Below, piece after piece: positions 14,104 to 25,800 of a stretch of DNA of 64,000 bases. The stretch covers positions 18,615,412 to 18,679,411 of the forward strand of contig CM119268.1 of NCBI GenBank assembly GCA_051294375.1. The letters run 5' to 3'. The stretch comes from Paraspadella gotoi (Eukaryota > Animalia > Chaetognatha). The notes under the pieces are model-generated. The model did no database searches, was not told where the DNA came from, and worked only from the letters and a program-made list of their open reading frames with translations. Every line of letters begins with the position of its first letter. The stretch's first letter is position 1. The position numbers were made by a program, and so were the translations under genes.

Positions 14104-16321
14104 AGCAAAACGCGAATTGCAAATGAGAGAAAGGGGGAAAAGAACCTGCCAGGTTGGATCATAAAACGACGAAGATTCTTAAAGGAAAAAAGTTCAAAGC
14201 CTAAAAACTATTCAATGGAATTTCTAATGAAATCTTGGTTCAATTTTGGCACGAGAACCACTTTACCTATTTTCTTCCCGCGCATCTCCTTTTTTTCCTT
14301 TTTTCCCTCTTTTCATTCTTTTTTTTTCTTTTTTCTTTTTTTTTCACTTTTTCTATTCTCTATTTTACCTTCATCATCTTGTAGATTTCAGAGTTTTTAC
14401 ATATAAATCAGTCGAACTGATAGAATTGCAGTGAAAAATAGTCGATGCGTGAAGGATGCGTAGGGAAAGGTTTGAATGAATGAAGAAATGAATGAATGAA
14501 TCAATTAATCAATCAATTATTGAATGAAGTATTGAATGAATGAATGAATGAATGAATGAATGAATGAATGAATGAATGAATGAATGAATGAATGAATGAA
14601 TAATTCAAGGATTTACTTATTTAATGATGAAAGGAATGAATGAATGAATGAATGAATGAATGAATGAATGAATGAATGAATGAATGAATGAATGAATGAA
14701 TGAATGAATGAATGAATGAATGAATGACCGGCCCCTGTTTCGTGGTTCGAATGAAGGAAACGTCTGACTGATATCGACAGAGACTCGATGCGTCCGATAA
14801 AACGAGAGAATCTCAAAGCGAAAACTCGGAAGGATTTAGGGCGACAGGGATGAGAGTGACAGAGGCTGACAAATATGAGGTTGACAGAGAGGACGGCGAC
14901 AAAGATGAGGGATACAAAGAGGAGAGTGGGTGGGTGACACGTGACAACAAATATGAGGATGACAAAGAGGACGACAAGTATAAAGGTGACATGGGACGAC
15001 AAATATGAGGCTGGCAAAGATAAGGGCGACAAAGATGAAGATGACAGAGAGGAGGGCAACAAAGATGAGGGTGACACATGGCGATAAAAATACGGGTGAC
15101 AGAGAGGAAGACAAATGAGACAAAGATTAACGAAGAATGAAGAACGGAAGGTAGGGCGAAAAAGTAAAAAAATAAAGGAGTGAAAAGAAAAGTTTAAAAA
15201 GGAAGGAAATTTTAAAATAAAACCGAAAAAAAACGAGAGGGTAGGTGAGGGTAGGTGAAGGTAGGTGAGGGGAGGTGAGATTTTAGGAGACGAAAAAAAG
15301 TATCGACAAGTTTCCGAGAAAATCTTCTTCAAAAACGGAGATGGAAAAACGTTTGGATGAGAAGGAAAGAAAAAAAAGAAGAAAATAAATTCTATCGGAC
15401 GAAAAAAAGAAGAAAAAGATGAAAGCGGAAAATCGAATGAAGAAGAAAAAAAGAGAAAAAAAATAGTTGGGGTTTTAAAAAACAGGAGGTAAAAGAGGAA
15501 AGGAAAGAGAACGAGGTGGAGGAATAATTACGAAAAGAATATTAAAAACTTGGCAGAGCGTTTGAAATTTATTAGGCTGAGATAAAGTATTAGTTGTACT
15601 AGCGAATTATATTTGATTGTAAATAATTAATACTACTTAAAATAAAGTATTTTTTTCTCGACGAAAGTGTGAGGCTCTGCGTAGGGAAGAGATAAAAAGG
15701 AAATAAAATCCCGGAAGGTGAGAACGATGCAATTTTCAAACAGATAGACAAATGATTAAATATCACAAAAGTTTTATTTCATGTTAGAATTTTAAATTTT
15801 TGTAGTTTAAATCTGACGCGAACTAAAAAAAACTTATGATTTCTGTCTCTGAAAAATGTTGCTGAGGGAAATAAAATGTCGACGTAAATTTGATTTATAA
15901 ATATTAAAAAGCTGATGATATAAACCTCAAAATTAAAAAGAAAACAAAGAAAAAACGAACGAAGATAGAAAGATTAAAAAAAAGAGAAAATCTACTTCTT
16001 CCGCTCTAATTAACATCACTTTTCCCTCAGGTATAATAATAAACCTTTTATGTTAAAACTCTTTTTTCTGTCGACAATATTTTTCCATTAGTCTCATTAA
16101 AAAGAGAAAAGGGAAAGAAACCTTCGCCAGTTTATTATTTATCTGCTAATTCTTTTTGGGGGCTGGAGTGGCGTGGGGAGGAGTTGGCGTAAGTAATGGG
16201 CGGGGGATGGGTGTGGTTGAGCCTTGTGGTGCTTATTCGATCGGAAGGTGTTGAAGTGGGCAGTAGAGAGCGAAACTCATCAGTAGACAAACAGGCGTTT
16301 TTCTTGACTTTTCAAAATGAG

Positions 16322-16377
<56 letters not shown>

Positions 16378-16935
16378 AGATGAGACGAGAGAGGAGAGAG
16401 AGAGAGAGAGAGAGAGAAAGAAAAGAGAGGGAGTAATGTATCTCATTCTTTCCATTCTCTAAGGAATCGACCGCGTCTTACGTGGTGACTACGCGTTTCT
16501 TATGGAAAGCACGATGAACGAATACACGCGACAATCTGATTGTAATCTAATGCAGGCAAGCAACGAAACATTTTTTATCGTGTCCTTATTTGTAGTTAAT
16601 ATTATTTAAGAATAATAATTGGACGTAGCCTTGATTTTTCTTTTCGCTTGGGTGCTCGTCTACCTGAATCCCTCGCAGGTTTCCCTATACTATATTTTCA
16701 TCTCATACCCAGAGGGGATGAAAAAAAACTGAGCTCTTGATGAATATGGCGCCTAAATATTTCACTTAATGGTTGAGAGTAGCTTAATGGAGTTTCAGAT
16801 GAGAGAGAGAGAGCGAGCGAGAGAGAGAGAGAGGGAGATAGAGGCTTGGTGAGAATGTTCTTCATGATATGCAGCTAGACACACTCCGGACCACACCGAT
16901 ACAGAGAGAAGAGAGAGAGAGAGAGAGTAGAGAAG

Positions 16936-16971
<36 letters not shown>

Positions 16972-18663
16972 AGAAGAGAGAGAGAAGAAGAAGAGAGAGA
17001 GAGAGGAGAGAGTGATAAGAGAGAGAGAGAGAGTGAAAGAGAGATAGTGTGTGTGTTTGCTGGTACTTAAGAGGATTGAAAATTTCAAAATGTCAAAGAT
17101 CATTCGACATCGTCAGAATAGGAAAGGAACAGTCAAAAACATATTTTTGTACAGGTTAAAGGTCCTAACTTAAATCGGAAATAGATGCAGCGCGAAAATT
17201 TATGTACAACATTAAAATATATTTATTATTTCAACGCTTAAAATACTACGAAAATTTAAGAGTCTTTCATGCTTTGCTTTGAAAATGAGGTTTATTTTTT
17301 TTAAATTTTACATATTCGATATTTCCTGGCCATTTACGGTCTCTTTGTACCTCTCGAACTGTTGAGTTTCCATCTAATTTTCTCCACTCGTTAAGTGCAA
17401 AATTTACTTTTATTACATCCGAAATGTAATTTGTCTCTCGAACCGCTGAGTTCTTCTCTCCCGTCGACTAATTCATTTTCTCATTCATAAAGTTTTAATT
17501 AAATATTTTCCCCCACATCGTAATAAACGTCAACTCCTCACACGACTCGAGCTTAAAAATTACCGTTTAATTTAACCGTTTTTAATTAATTAACAGTTAC
17601 TTTTTGTAAAGTTTGAATTCTTAACTGAGCCACATTCTCGACTCAAGGTCGGTGGCCTCCTCGACGCCAAAGGCTACGGGATCGGGACTCCGCGCGACTC
17701 TCCCTTCAGGGACAGAATCACCGACGCCATCTTGAAATTGCAGGACCAACAGATTCTGCAGGCGAGTCGTCGTCGTCGTTGTCGTTATCATTACATACGT
17801 TGATTATAATATTCGATGTCATTTTCAAAATTTTTGAAAAAAAAAAAAATTGCAAGTTCCGATAAAGAGACCGGAGCTGTGTTGCGGCTTTTTGTTCTTT
17901 CTTTGTAAAAAGCTTCTTTTGTTTAAAAAAAGAGAAAAGTAAAGTATAAAAACGTCCCAAAAAAGGAGAACCAAGTCTGAATAAGTATATTTATTTATTC
18001 AAATAAAAAAAAATATGAGAAAAAACAAAAGGAAATCGCGCGGAAGAAAATGGAAAAGCGGAAGAAAAATAAACAAAGAGGAAGAAGAAGAATCTCAGTC
18101 GTGACTAGAGATGGTTGAGTTTTGTCGCCGTCACGCGTCTCAGCATCCCTTTACGACTCATTTATATCCTTATTATTATTATTAGGTTCGAATATGCTTG
18201 TCTTGTTTTTAGTTTATAGTAAAAAATCCAATAAATAATGAAATAATCAGCCTTTCTTTCAAAAATGAGAACAGGATGACGAACAACTATTGAGAAAAAA
18301 CGAAAAAGAAAAGAGAAAATAAAAAGAACCCAGCGGATCAAGTCGCAGCGACTCTGGATTCTTTCTTCGAATGCATAACAAATTCGGTTTTCGCAATCTT
18401 TGCCCATGTGGTGCCAGACTTTGAACTTCACATTTCCGAGAAATGAAGACTTATGTTGTTTCAGAGAATTTTGAGTTTGTTTCAGTTTTCGATTTACATT
18501 TCAAAGATTTCGATTTTCCGATACGTGCTTCAGAAGCAAATAGTTTGAATTTGTTATAACGAACAGTGCTAAACTTAAGCATAAAAATAGAACAAAAAAG
18601 TTGGTATTTTTTAGTTTTTTAGGCAATTTTTTTTATTTGTGTCTCTCTTTCAGTCTCTCTCTT

Positions 18664-18719
<56 letters not shown>

Positions 18720-18787
18720 CTGACAAAGGAAAGAAAGAAAAATCGGAAGCTCAAATTCGACCTCTCTCTGTCTCTCTCCTCTCTCTC

Positions 18788-18836
<49 letters not shown>

Positions 18837-19709
18837 CTTTCTACCTCACATAAAACAGGACCTCTACAACCGTTGGTGGCGCCGGCGACGCGGCGTCCTC
18901 TGCGGCGCCGACACGTCTGCTCCCCGCGGCGCCAACTCCCTGGCGATGACGAACGTGGGCGGCGCCTTCCTCGTCCTCGTCGCGGGACTCGGCGTCGCCT
19001 TCGTCGTCGCCGTTGGGGAATTCGTTTGGAAGGCGAGGAAGAATTGGGACCTGACCGAGCTGGGTGAGAAATTGGGACCTGGTTCAGCGTGGTGAGAAAT
19101 TGGGATCTAAACAAATTGAGTAAGGAGTTGGAACCTGGTCCAGCAGGGTGAGAAATTGGGATCTAAATAAATTGGGTAAGGAGTTGGGACCTGGTCAAGC
19201 GGGGTAAGAAGTTGGGATCGAACCGAGATAAGTTCCAAGGACCTGGTCTAGTTAAGTGAGGAATTGGGACCTGACCGATTTTGAAGAATTGGTTCCTTTT
19301 AAAGTTTTTTGGGGCAAGATGTTACCATGGTTACCTGACCGAATTGATAGATTAAAAGATAAAAAAAGGAAACGCTGTGGAAGACGATGCCGCGAGTAGT
19401 ACTTAAATACAACCGCTACAAAATCTAATTAATTGCGACGAGGAAATACATAACAAAAAAGTCTATAGACTCGTATAGATTCGTATAGATTCGTTTTTTA
19501 TTTTTCTAGTTATGATCTCCGTAAATTAGATTAAGCGGAGACCCGAACCCCCGACCGAACTGTTTTAATTTTATTTTCTTTTATTATTTCCTTTTTTTTC
19601 TTCCTCAGATGAGGACTTTAGCTTTCCTCGAGATTCCGGCGTCCGACGTCATCGCCACGCCTCCTCGTCGAAAGACGACGAAGACGACGGGGGTCAGTCA
19701 AGATTTTGA
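4323..19709 (+). CDS. Ionotropic glutamate receptor, kainate-like (GRIK family), 5'-partial: M1-M2-M3-S2-M4-C-tail
   Basis: Exons 4323-4471, 5472-5620, 13480-13668, 16464-16555, 17648-17761, 18859-19063, 19609-19709 join in phase. Motifs: [84 protein letters not shown]1 exons were not found and presumably lie upstream of the window. Confidence 0.95.
5472..5620 (+). CDS. iGluR exon: M2 pore loop and M3 gate
   Basis: [49 protein letters not shown]; AAG acceptor, GTAAGT donor. Confidence 0.96.
7975..8187 (-). mobile_element. Family A repeat copy (inverted)
   Basis: Reverse complement matches ~3400-3640 (CCACTTCATTGATGGGGAAGCCAGGTACTCTGGGAGT...TCTTGATTAAAAGC...AATGGATAATTTT). Confidence 0.7.
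10806..10995 (+). mobile_element. tRNA-derived SINE-like element
   Basis: tRNA-like head GCGGCCATTGGTGCCGGAGG...TTCGCCTCCCAACCCAAAGGTCCGGGGTTCTAGCCC with degenerate A box and B-box-like GGTTCTAGCCC, unrelated body, A/C-rich tail; cloverleaf imperfect. Confidence 0.5.
13480..13668 (+). CDS. iGluR exon: start of S2 ligand-binding segment
   Basis: (V)[62 protein letters not shown]; CAG acceptor, GTGAGT donor. Confidence 0.95.
14474..14727. repeat. (GAAT)n microsatellite, two blocks
   Basis: Directly visible. Confidence 0.95.
14840..15125. repeat. Degenerate ~15-bp minisatellite (GACAAAGATGAGGGT)n
   Basis: Recurring GACA.A.A.GAGG units. Confidence 0.7.
16464..16555 (+). CDS. iGluR exon: S2, ends at a GC donor
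   Basis: (G)[30 protein letters not shown] then GCAAGC; absent from the ORF track. Confidence 0.92.
17648..17761 (+). CDS. iGluR exon: S2, ends at a GC donor
   Basis: [38 protein letters not shown] then GCGAGT. Confidence 0.92.
18859..19063 (+). CDS. iGluR exon: end of S2 and M4
   Basis: [68 protein letters not shown]; CAG acceptor, GTGAGA donor, phase 1. Confidence 0.92.
19041..19278 (+). repeat. 28-bp tandem repeat spanning an exon/intron junction (~8-9 units)
   Basis: GAATTGGGACCTGACCGAGCTGGGTGAG / AAATTGGGACCTGGTTCAGCGTGGTGAG / AAATTGGGATCTAAACAAATTGAGTAAG / GAGTTGGAACCTGGTCCAGCAGGGTGAG ... Confidence 0.9.
19609..19709 (+). CDS. iGluR C-terminal tail exon
   Basis: Strong polypyrimidine-CAG acceptor in matching phase; (D)[32 protein letters not shown]; internal GTCAGT donor after 19692. 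Confidence 0.7.
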
Positions 19710-20039
19710 GTCTTGTTGTTGTTGTTGTTGTTTACTGTTGACTACCCTCGCAAGCACAACTGCTTTACAACCTCTGCATTGCAGAGACACAGTTACTTTT
19801 TTTTACATAATAATAGTAGGTTTACTTTTTTCGTCCAATTTTTCTTCAACAGTTCGAATTGTAACAAAATTTACAAACTCCTATATCCATTGATAAAAGT
19901 TGGTCAGGGATAGTGTGTTTCAATAAGTCGCAACTCACGACTTCAAAAATAAAATTGAATTTGCACAAGAATCGAAAAATCCATATAAGTCGGTGTTTTC
20001 TTTCCAGTTTCTTATTTGGTTTCCTTCTTATTTTTTCTT

Positions 20040-20231
20040 TCCTCCTCATCCTCATCTTTGCTCATCCTCATCATTCTTCTCATCCTCATCTTTTCTCCTC
20101 ATCCTCATCTTTCCTCCTTATCCTCATCTTTCCTCCTCATCCTCATCTTTCCTCCTCATCCTAATCTTTCCTCCTCATCCTCATCTTTCCTCCTCATCCT
20201 CATCTTTTCTCCTCATCCTCATCTTTCCTCC
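20040..20231. repeat. 19-bp minisatellite (CCTCCTCATCCTCATCTTT)n
   Basis: About 10 units visible. Confidence 0.9.
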
Positions 20232-21780
20232 CACTTGTACTTGTTCATCCGTTCTTCAATTTGTCTGTTCTCCGTCATGTATTCAATTTTCGTCCCGTTA
20301 CGATCGTTAACCGACAATTTATACTATTTTCTCTTTTCTTGTTTCATCTAAACTGAAAAAGGAAACACATATTCTTTTTCCATTTATTCCCCGCTGTGTT
20401 CTATGGTTTTGTTTAGGTGTCACAGGTCTAAAAATCACGCCCTTATTTGCTCCTTTCACGTTTGCTCCCATCTTTTCACGTTTTCTACTATTTTTATATT
20501 TCCCCTCATTTTTCTTTCTTTTTCTTTTCTCTTTTTCCTCCCTCCCATTTTTTTCCCTACCCCATCTCTTCCACCCTCGGTCCCTCCACCATCTCTCTGT
20601 CTCGTCATGTTTGAATATATTCTTCCTTTCCCAGCAGGAGGAGCCCGTGTCCTTCCCTCCTCTTAGTTTTTGTTATTCTTTTTCTCTGCCAAGGACGAAT
20701 CAATCCAGTCGTCCGACCATCCGTGCGTCCATTTGTCCGTGTCGTACTTCATAATTTCATTGTTATTTAATTGAAATGAAAGAAATAATCTTTAAACTGT
20801 GAAACTGTCAAATTTATGTACTATTATGTCAATGGATGAAAATAGTGACAAACTCTTTTATTTATTCTTGTAGTTAGTAGAATTTACAGTTAAACTTTTA
20901 TATTATTTACTGACAATCATGAAACCGAAAAGCGTAACTCTCAGGCGACCAACCAACTTTAACCTAAAACGAGCACAAGTACAAATACTATTAAACATAA
21001 AAATAAAAAAGAAATGAAAGAAAAACCCATAAAAGACGAACGAGAAAAAAATCTAGGGAAAAAAAATCTATCCGATGGAGAATAAAAAAAAACATTGAAC
21101 CACCTCCCCAATTCTGCGCTTTGAACTCAGGGATTCAATAAAGCCTCAAAGTTTTATTCCCACATTAAAGGAAAACCGGGAATTGTCGTCGTTGTTGTCG
21201 TTGTCGTTGGAAAAGTTGTCCGGTTGGAAAAGTCCCTTTTCTTTGTCTTTGAAACGAGTCATACTCCTCTTTTTGCCAGCCTTGTCTAAACTCCGTTTCA
21301 TACTATGAGCTTACATTTCATTTCACACAATCGGCCCTTTCACTCACCCTTTTTCTCACCCAGATTCGACTCACCGCGTTCGCCGGCCTCGATCCTCCCT
21401 CCGTTCACATTTGTGCCAAAACTTCTGCTTCGCCGTCAAATGCGACGAAATTCGCGCCAACAAAAATTTGGCGCGAAAACTCAACGAGCAGAATCACCTC
21501 CTCTCTTCCTCGGGATTGGATAACGGGGGTGAGCGACCGTGAGGAAAAGTCACGTCGTGTGAGAAAATCCTTGGCGAATGTCACGTTTTTTTTTCACCCA
21601 GTGAGACGAAGATTTTGGATTGGGAGAACTTTTTTTATTTTCTCTCTGATATAATTGAGTTTTAGAAAGAGAAAATGACTGAAAATTGTGTTCAATTATA
21701 TGGCTGTAGCAAGTTATAACTTTTTAAAAAATTATTAAATTATAAAACATTGTCGTATAATCCTTTCGTTTCGTTGTGTA

Positions 21781-21880
21781 ATAATTAGAAGAGTTTGGAA
21801 TTAATTTTCAACAACGGTTTATTTCAATAAAAAATGAAATAAACCGTTGTTGAAAATTAATTTCAAACTCTTCTAATTAT
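21781..21880. repeat. Near-perfect 46-bp inverted repeat with 8-nt loop
   Basis: 21781-21826 pairs with 21835-21880 with a single G.T position; loop ATAAAAAA. Confidence 0.9.
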
Positions 21881-22690
21881 AAAACAAAAATTTGTTGAAC
21901 TAAATTCATAACAGTCAGCACCTTTTTTTTTGATGCTAATGCGGAGTACAAGAGTACATTCTACTATTTCCCGATCTATACGAATTGTATACGAATTGAA
22001 ACTGTTAAAAAATATTTGATCTCTTCCAAGAACTGTGAGTCTTGATTGAAAGCTTGCGGGGTCTAAGTTGTAAGAGGTCTTTACCAAAGTCCAAAATCAG
22101 GAGCATGATAGCTGGTTTATTAAATTAACGAGAACGAAACTATCTAAAAAACCGATTGGAAATGTTTTTCTTTCTCAAAAGAAAGAAATTCTTGGTCTGA
22201 GTCGACTCTCGATCGCGTTGCCTGAAAACTCCACCTGAAAAATCTCCCAGGGATTGAAGAAAAGATTTGTAACCGAATTGAGGGATAAACGGGGATTGCA
22301 AGACTCCGCCAGTCGATGGTTGTGGGCGCATCTGTGAGTCAGTGTGTGTGCTTTGCGAACAAGTGTGCGAGTATGTGTGTTAATTTTGGAGTATATTATG
22401 TCTTTAAAAATGTTTCTCATAGTGAGAGAAGTGTACAAGTCAGGGAAATATTCAAGAATATTAAATTCTAACGACAAGACAAATAAACTCTCTTGCCTCT
22501 TGATTTTATTTCCTGGAGGCTTAATGAATAATTTTAGTTTTTTTTTTAAATTAAATAATCGAAATTAAATTAATAATATTAAAAAAAAATCATATCAATT
22601 TAATATTTCATAATCTGGGTTATTTTACTATTTTCATACAAGCAAAACTTTTAAAGCTTTTTAAAGAATATTCTCCCACCGCCCTTCCAG

Positions 22691-22899
22691 GACTGCAATC
22701 GGCCTTCCACGCCCTCGACGCCGTCCCCATTTCCGGCGTCATTCCATCCCCCGATTCCATGTCCACCACAGTCGCCGTCCTCACGGCGCCGCTCGGAGCC
22801 AACGGCGCCACTTTGCCAAGATCACTCCGCCTCAGAACTTCTTCGCCGTCTGCGCGGACTCATCAGGCAAAGGTGGTGGAGGAAAAGGAAAGAAAGTAA
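22691..22899 (+). CDS. Probable additional or alternative C-terminal exon of the iGluR
   Basis: GC-rich island after CTTCCAG; phase-1 frame (G)LQSAFHALDAVPISGVIPSPDSMSTTVAVLTAPLGANGATLPRSLRLRTSSPSARTHQAKVVEEKERK* with C-ending codon bias like the true exons; compatible with phase-1 donors at 19063 and 19692. Confidence 0.55.
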
Positions 22900-25800
22900 A
22901 GTAGGAGGAAAAGGTTTGTGAAAAAACGGAAAAAGAAACTTAAAAAGTAAATTTAACTTGTAGCAAAGGAAGAAGAGAAGTTTTCGGTGAAAGGAAAAAC
23001 GGGGAGCAGCAGAACTAAAGTGAAAAAAAAAAAAACGGTAAGAAAGACGTTGCAGGCATATCGAAAAAAAAAAAACTAACCAATAACGAAACATAGGACT
23101 AGCTAGAAAGATAGAGAACAAAAGGAAACGACCGAAAACTTTATCCTACAGTCGGAGACGGAGTAGGGCGAGAGAAGAGAGGAGAAGAGATGAGAAGAGA
23201 GAAGAGAGAGAGAGAGAGAGAGGGAAGAGAGAGGAGAGAGAGAGAGAGAGGCGAGACGAGAGAGGAGAGAAAGAGAATAGAAGGAAAACGAATTACCTCT
23301 TGTCCTCCAGTAAGTAGGAGTGGAAAGGGTGAAAGAGCGCGATGGTTTGACAAGAGCGTAAAAAAAGGCAGTAATATGAAGGAGGAAAACATTCGCAGTC
23401 GATTCAGGACGGTGGGCGAAGGAAATTCGTCTCTGTCGTAAAATTCGTGGAGAATCGGAGGGACTAAGAATTATGCAAGATTGATCTGTAAAAAAAATTG
23501 TAGCAAAGAGAATAAATTTCTCGTATGTAGTGGTGTAGAAAAGAGAAAAGAGGATAAAATAAAGACGGAACAAAAAGGGTCAGTTAATTTTTTAAAAATA
23601 ATTACGAGTTAATTAAAATTATTAAAACTAAAATGTAATTGTTGGAAGAAAGGTCATTCTTTGGTTATTAGAAAACATGCAGTGATCTATCTAAATTTAA
23701 CTATTAATCTTTTAAATAATAGTGACTAGTAAATGTAAAACTTATTAAAAATTTACAGGTACAATCGTGAAAACTTAAACAAAAAAATTGTGAATGATTT
23801 AGTACTCAATGATTTCGTTTGATTTCCTCGTTTCTTTTCACATTTTCATGTGGCTTCCGCTGCTCATGACAGTGTCACTTTTTTATTCCGTATTTTTCCA
23901 GACTTCATTTTTTTATTTTTTACAATTTTCTTTGGTTTTGATCTTATCGTTTCAACAATAAANNNNNNNNNNNNNNNNNNNNNNNNNNNNNNNNNNNNNN
24001 NNNNNNNNNNNNNNNNNNNNNNNNNNNNNNNNNNNNNNNNNNNNNNNNNNNNNNNNNNNNNNNNNNNNNNNNNNNNNNNNNNNNNNNNNNNNNNNNNNNN
24101 NNNNNNNNNNNNNNNNNNNNNNNNNNNNNNNNNNNNNNNNNNNNNNNNNNNNNNNNNNNNNNNNNNNNNNNNNNNNNNNNNNNNNNNNNNNNNNNNNNNN
24201 NNNNNNNNNNNNNNNNNNNNNNNNNNNNNNNNNCTGACCAGGTCTATTTTTTTGCGACAATCCTGTTCAGCTTTATGAAACATAAATATTAACGAATAAA
24301 AAATTATGAGATGATATTTAAGACAGAGTTCACAAAATTATTTTCCCACAAAAAACTTTCCTTCCTTTTTCGATCTCCATTCCTCCCTCAAATCTCAACC
24401 CCTCCACCCCCCAATCCGCCCCCCCTTTCTTACGCTCAGACGCGGNNNNNNNNNNNNNNNNNNNNNNNNNNNNNNNNNNNNNNNNNNNNNNNNNNNNNNN
24501 NNNNNNNNNNNNNNNNNNNNNNNNNNNNNNNNNNNNNNNNNNNNNNNNNNNNNNNNNNNNNNNNNNNNNNNNNNNNNNNNNNNNNNNNNNNNNNNNNNNN
24601 NNNNNNNNNNNNNNNNNNNNNNNNNNNNNNNNNNNNNNNNNNNNNNNNNNNNNNNNNNNNNNNNNNNNNNNNNNNNNNNNNNNNNNNNNNNNNNNNNNNN
24701 NNNNNNNNNNNNNNNNNNNNNNNNNNNNNGGGATTTATGGATGAGTGGGCGGCAATCTTGGGAGAGAAGGAGACACCAGTGGGTGAGAAGTAGAGAGAAC
24801 GGAAAGGGTTTTCCTCCGATCACTAAGTCCTCTTTGAGTGTGAAGCGAGTGTCTGACTCCAATTGGTTTTTCTCGTTTATTTTCTAATCTTTTTATTTTA
24901 TTGTTATGTCACTGGTTTGGCTCCCTCCTTGGGTAGGACAGGGCGGGGCTTTACCATCCAAGCGTCAACTTAAAAAATAAAAGAATTAAAGTGAATCTGG
25001 AAATGCGAGTTTGGACAGATTATGATCCAGTACAAACATCCGTTTTTAAGTGTAATAGTTTTTGAACGCTCCTCTCCACTCGTCTCCTTCAAGAATTTGG
25101 TGCTGATTTTCTTATCTTTTATTTTTGTTATCGGTTTTTTTTTTCTTAGGGGGGGGGGAGAAATTAAAATGGTTTTCCTTGTTGTCAACCGATTTTATTT
25201 GTATTTATATTTTATTAATTACGGTCGCCATTAATTTCGCCGTTGAAAACTTTTTTTCGCTCCGCACTCGTTTACTGTTTAAACTTTTTTTTGTTTCCGC
25301 AAACGACGAGGAGAAAAAATTAAAGCGATGCTTTGAAATTAGAATTAATCTGAGCGTGCCTTATTAATTTTAACAAGTTTTTTTTTTTAACGTTTTTGCC
25401 GTTCGAACCGTTCGGCGAAAAGTAAGGAAAAAAACAATATAAAAAAAAAAAAAAAAAAAACAATTTTTTTATTATTGCCATTCGTTAAAAAAAATCTTAC
25501 TTTTTACCTTCTTCGTTTTTGGACATTTCTATAGTATCTGAATGTAATGACTGTTACGTGTTGTAAATAAATCGAGAATAATTTTCTTTTTCATTCTTTT
25601 AATTATTTTATTTCCCTAAGCTAATTACCAAGAGAAAAAAACTTGAAATTACAAGCAAATGATGGCTGATGCAAAAATGTCCTGAGGACCAGAAATTTTT
25701 AAACCTAATTATAATGTCCAGATTTCACCAGTTCACAAGCGGTGAAAACGAAGCCATCCTCGACGTGAATAATGTTTGTGAATTTTTTTGAAAATTTACT

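Noticed and set aside
19041-19278. CRISPR-like periodicity (also 31266-31395)
   Set aside because: Head-to-tail degenerate units without unique spacers, no cas genes, eukaryotic context.
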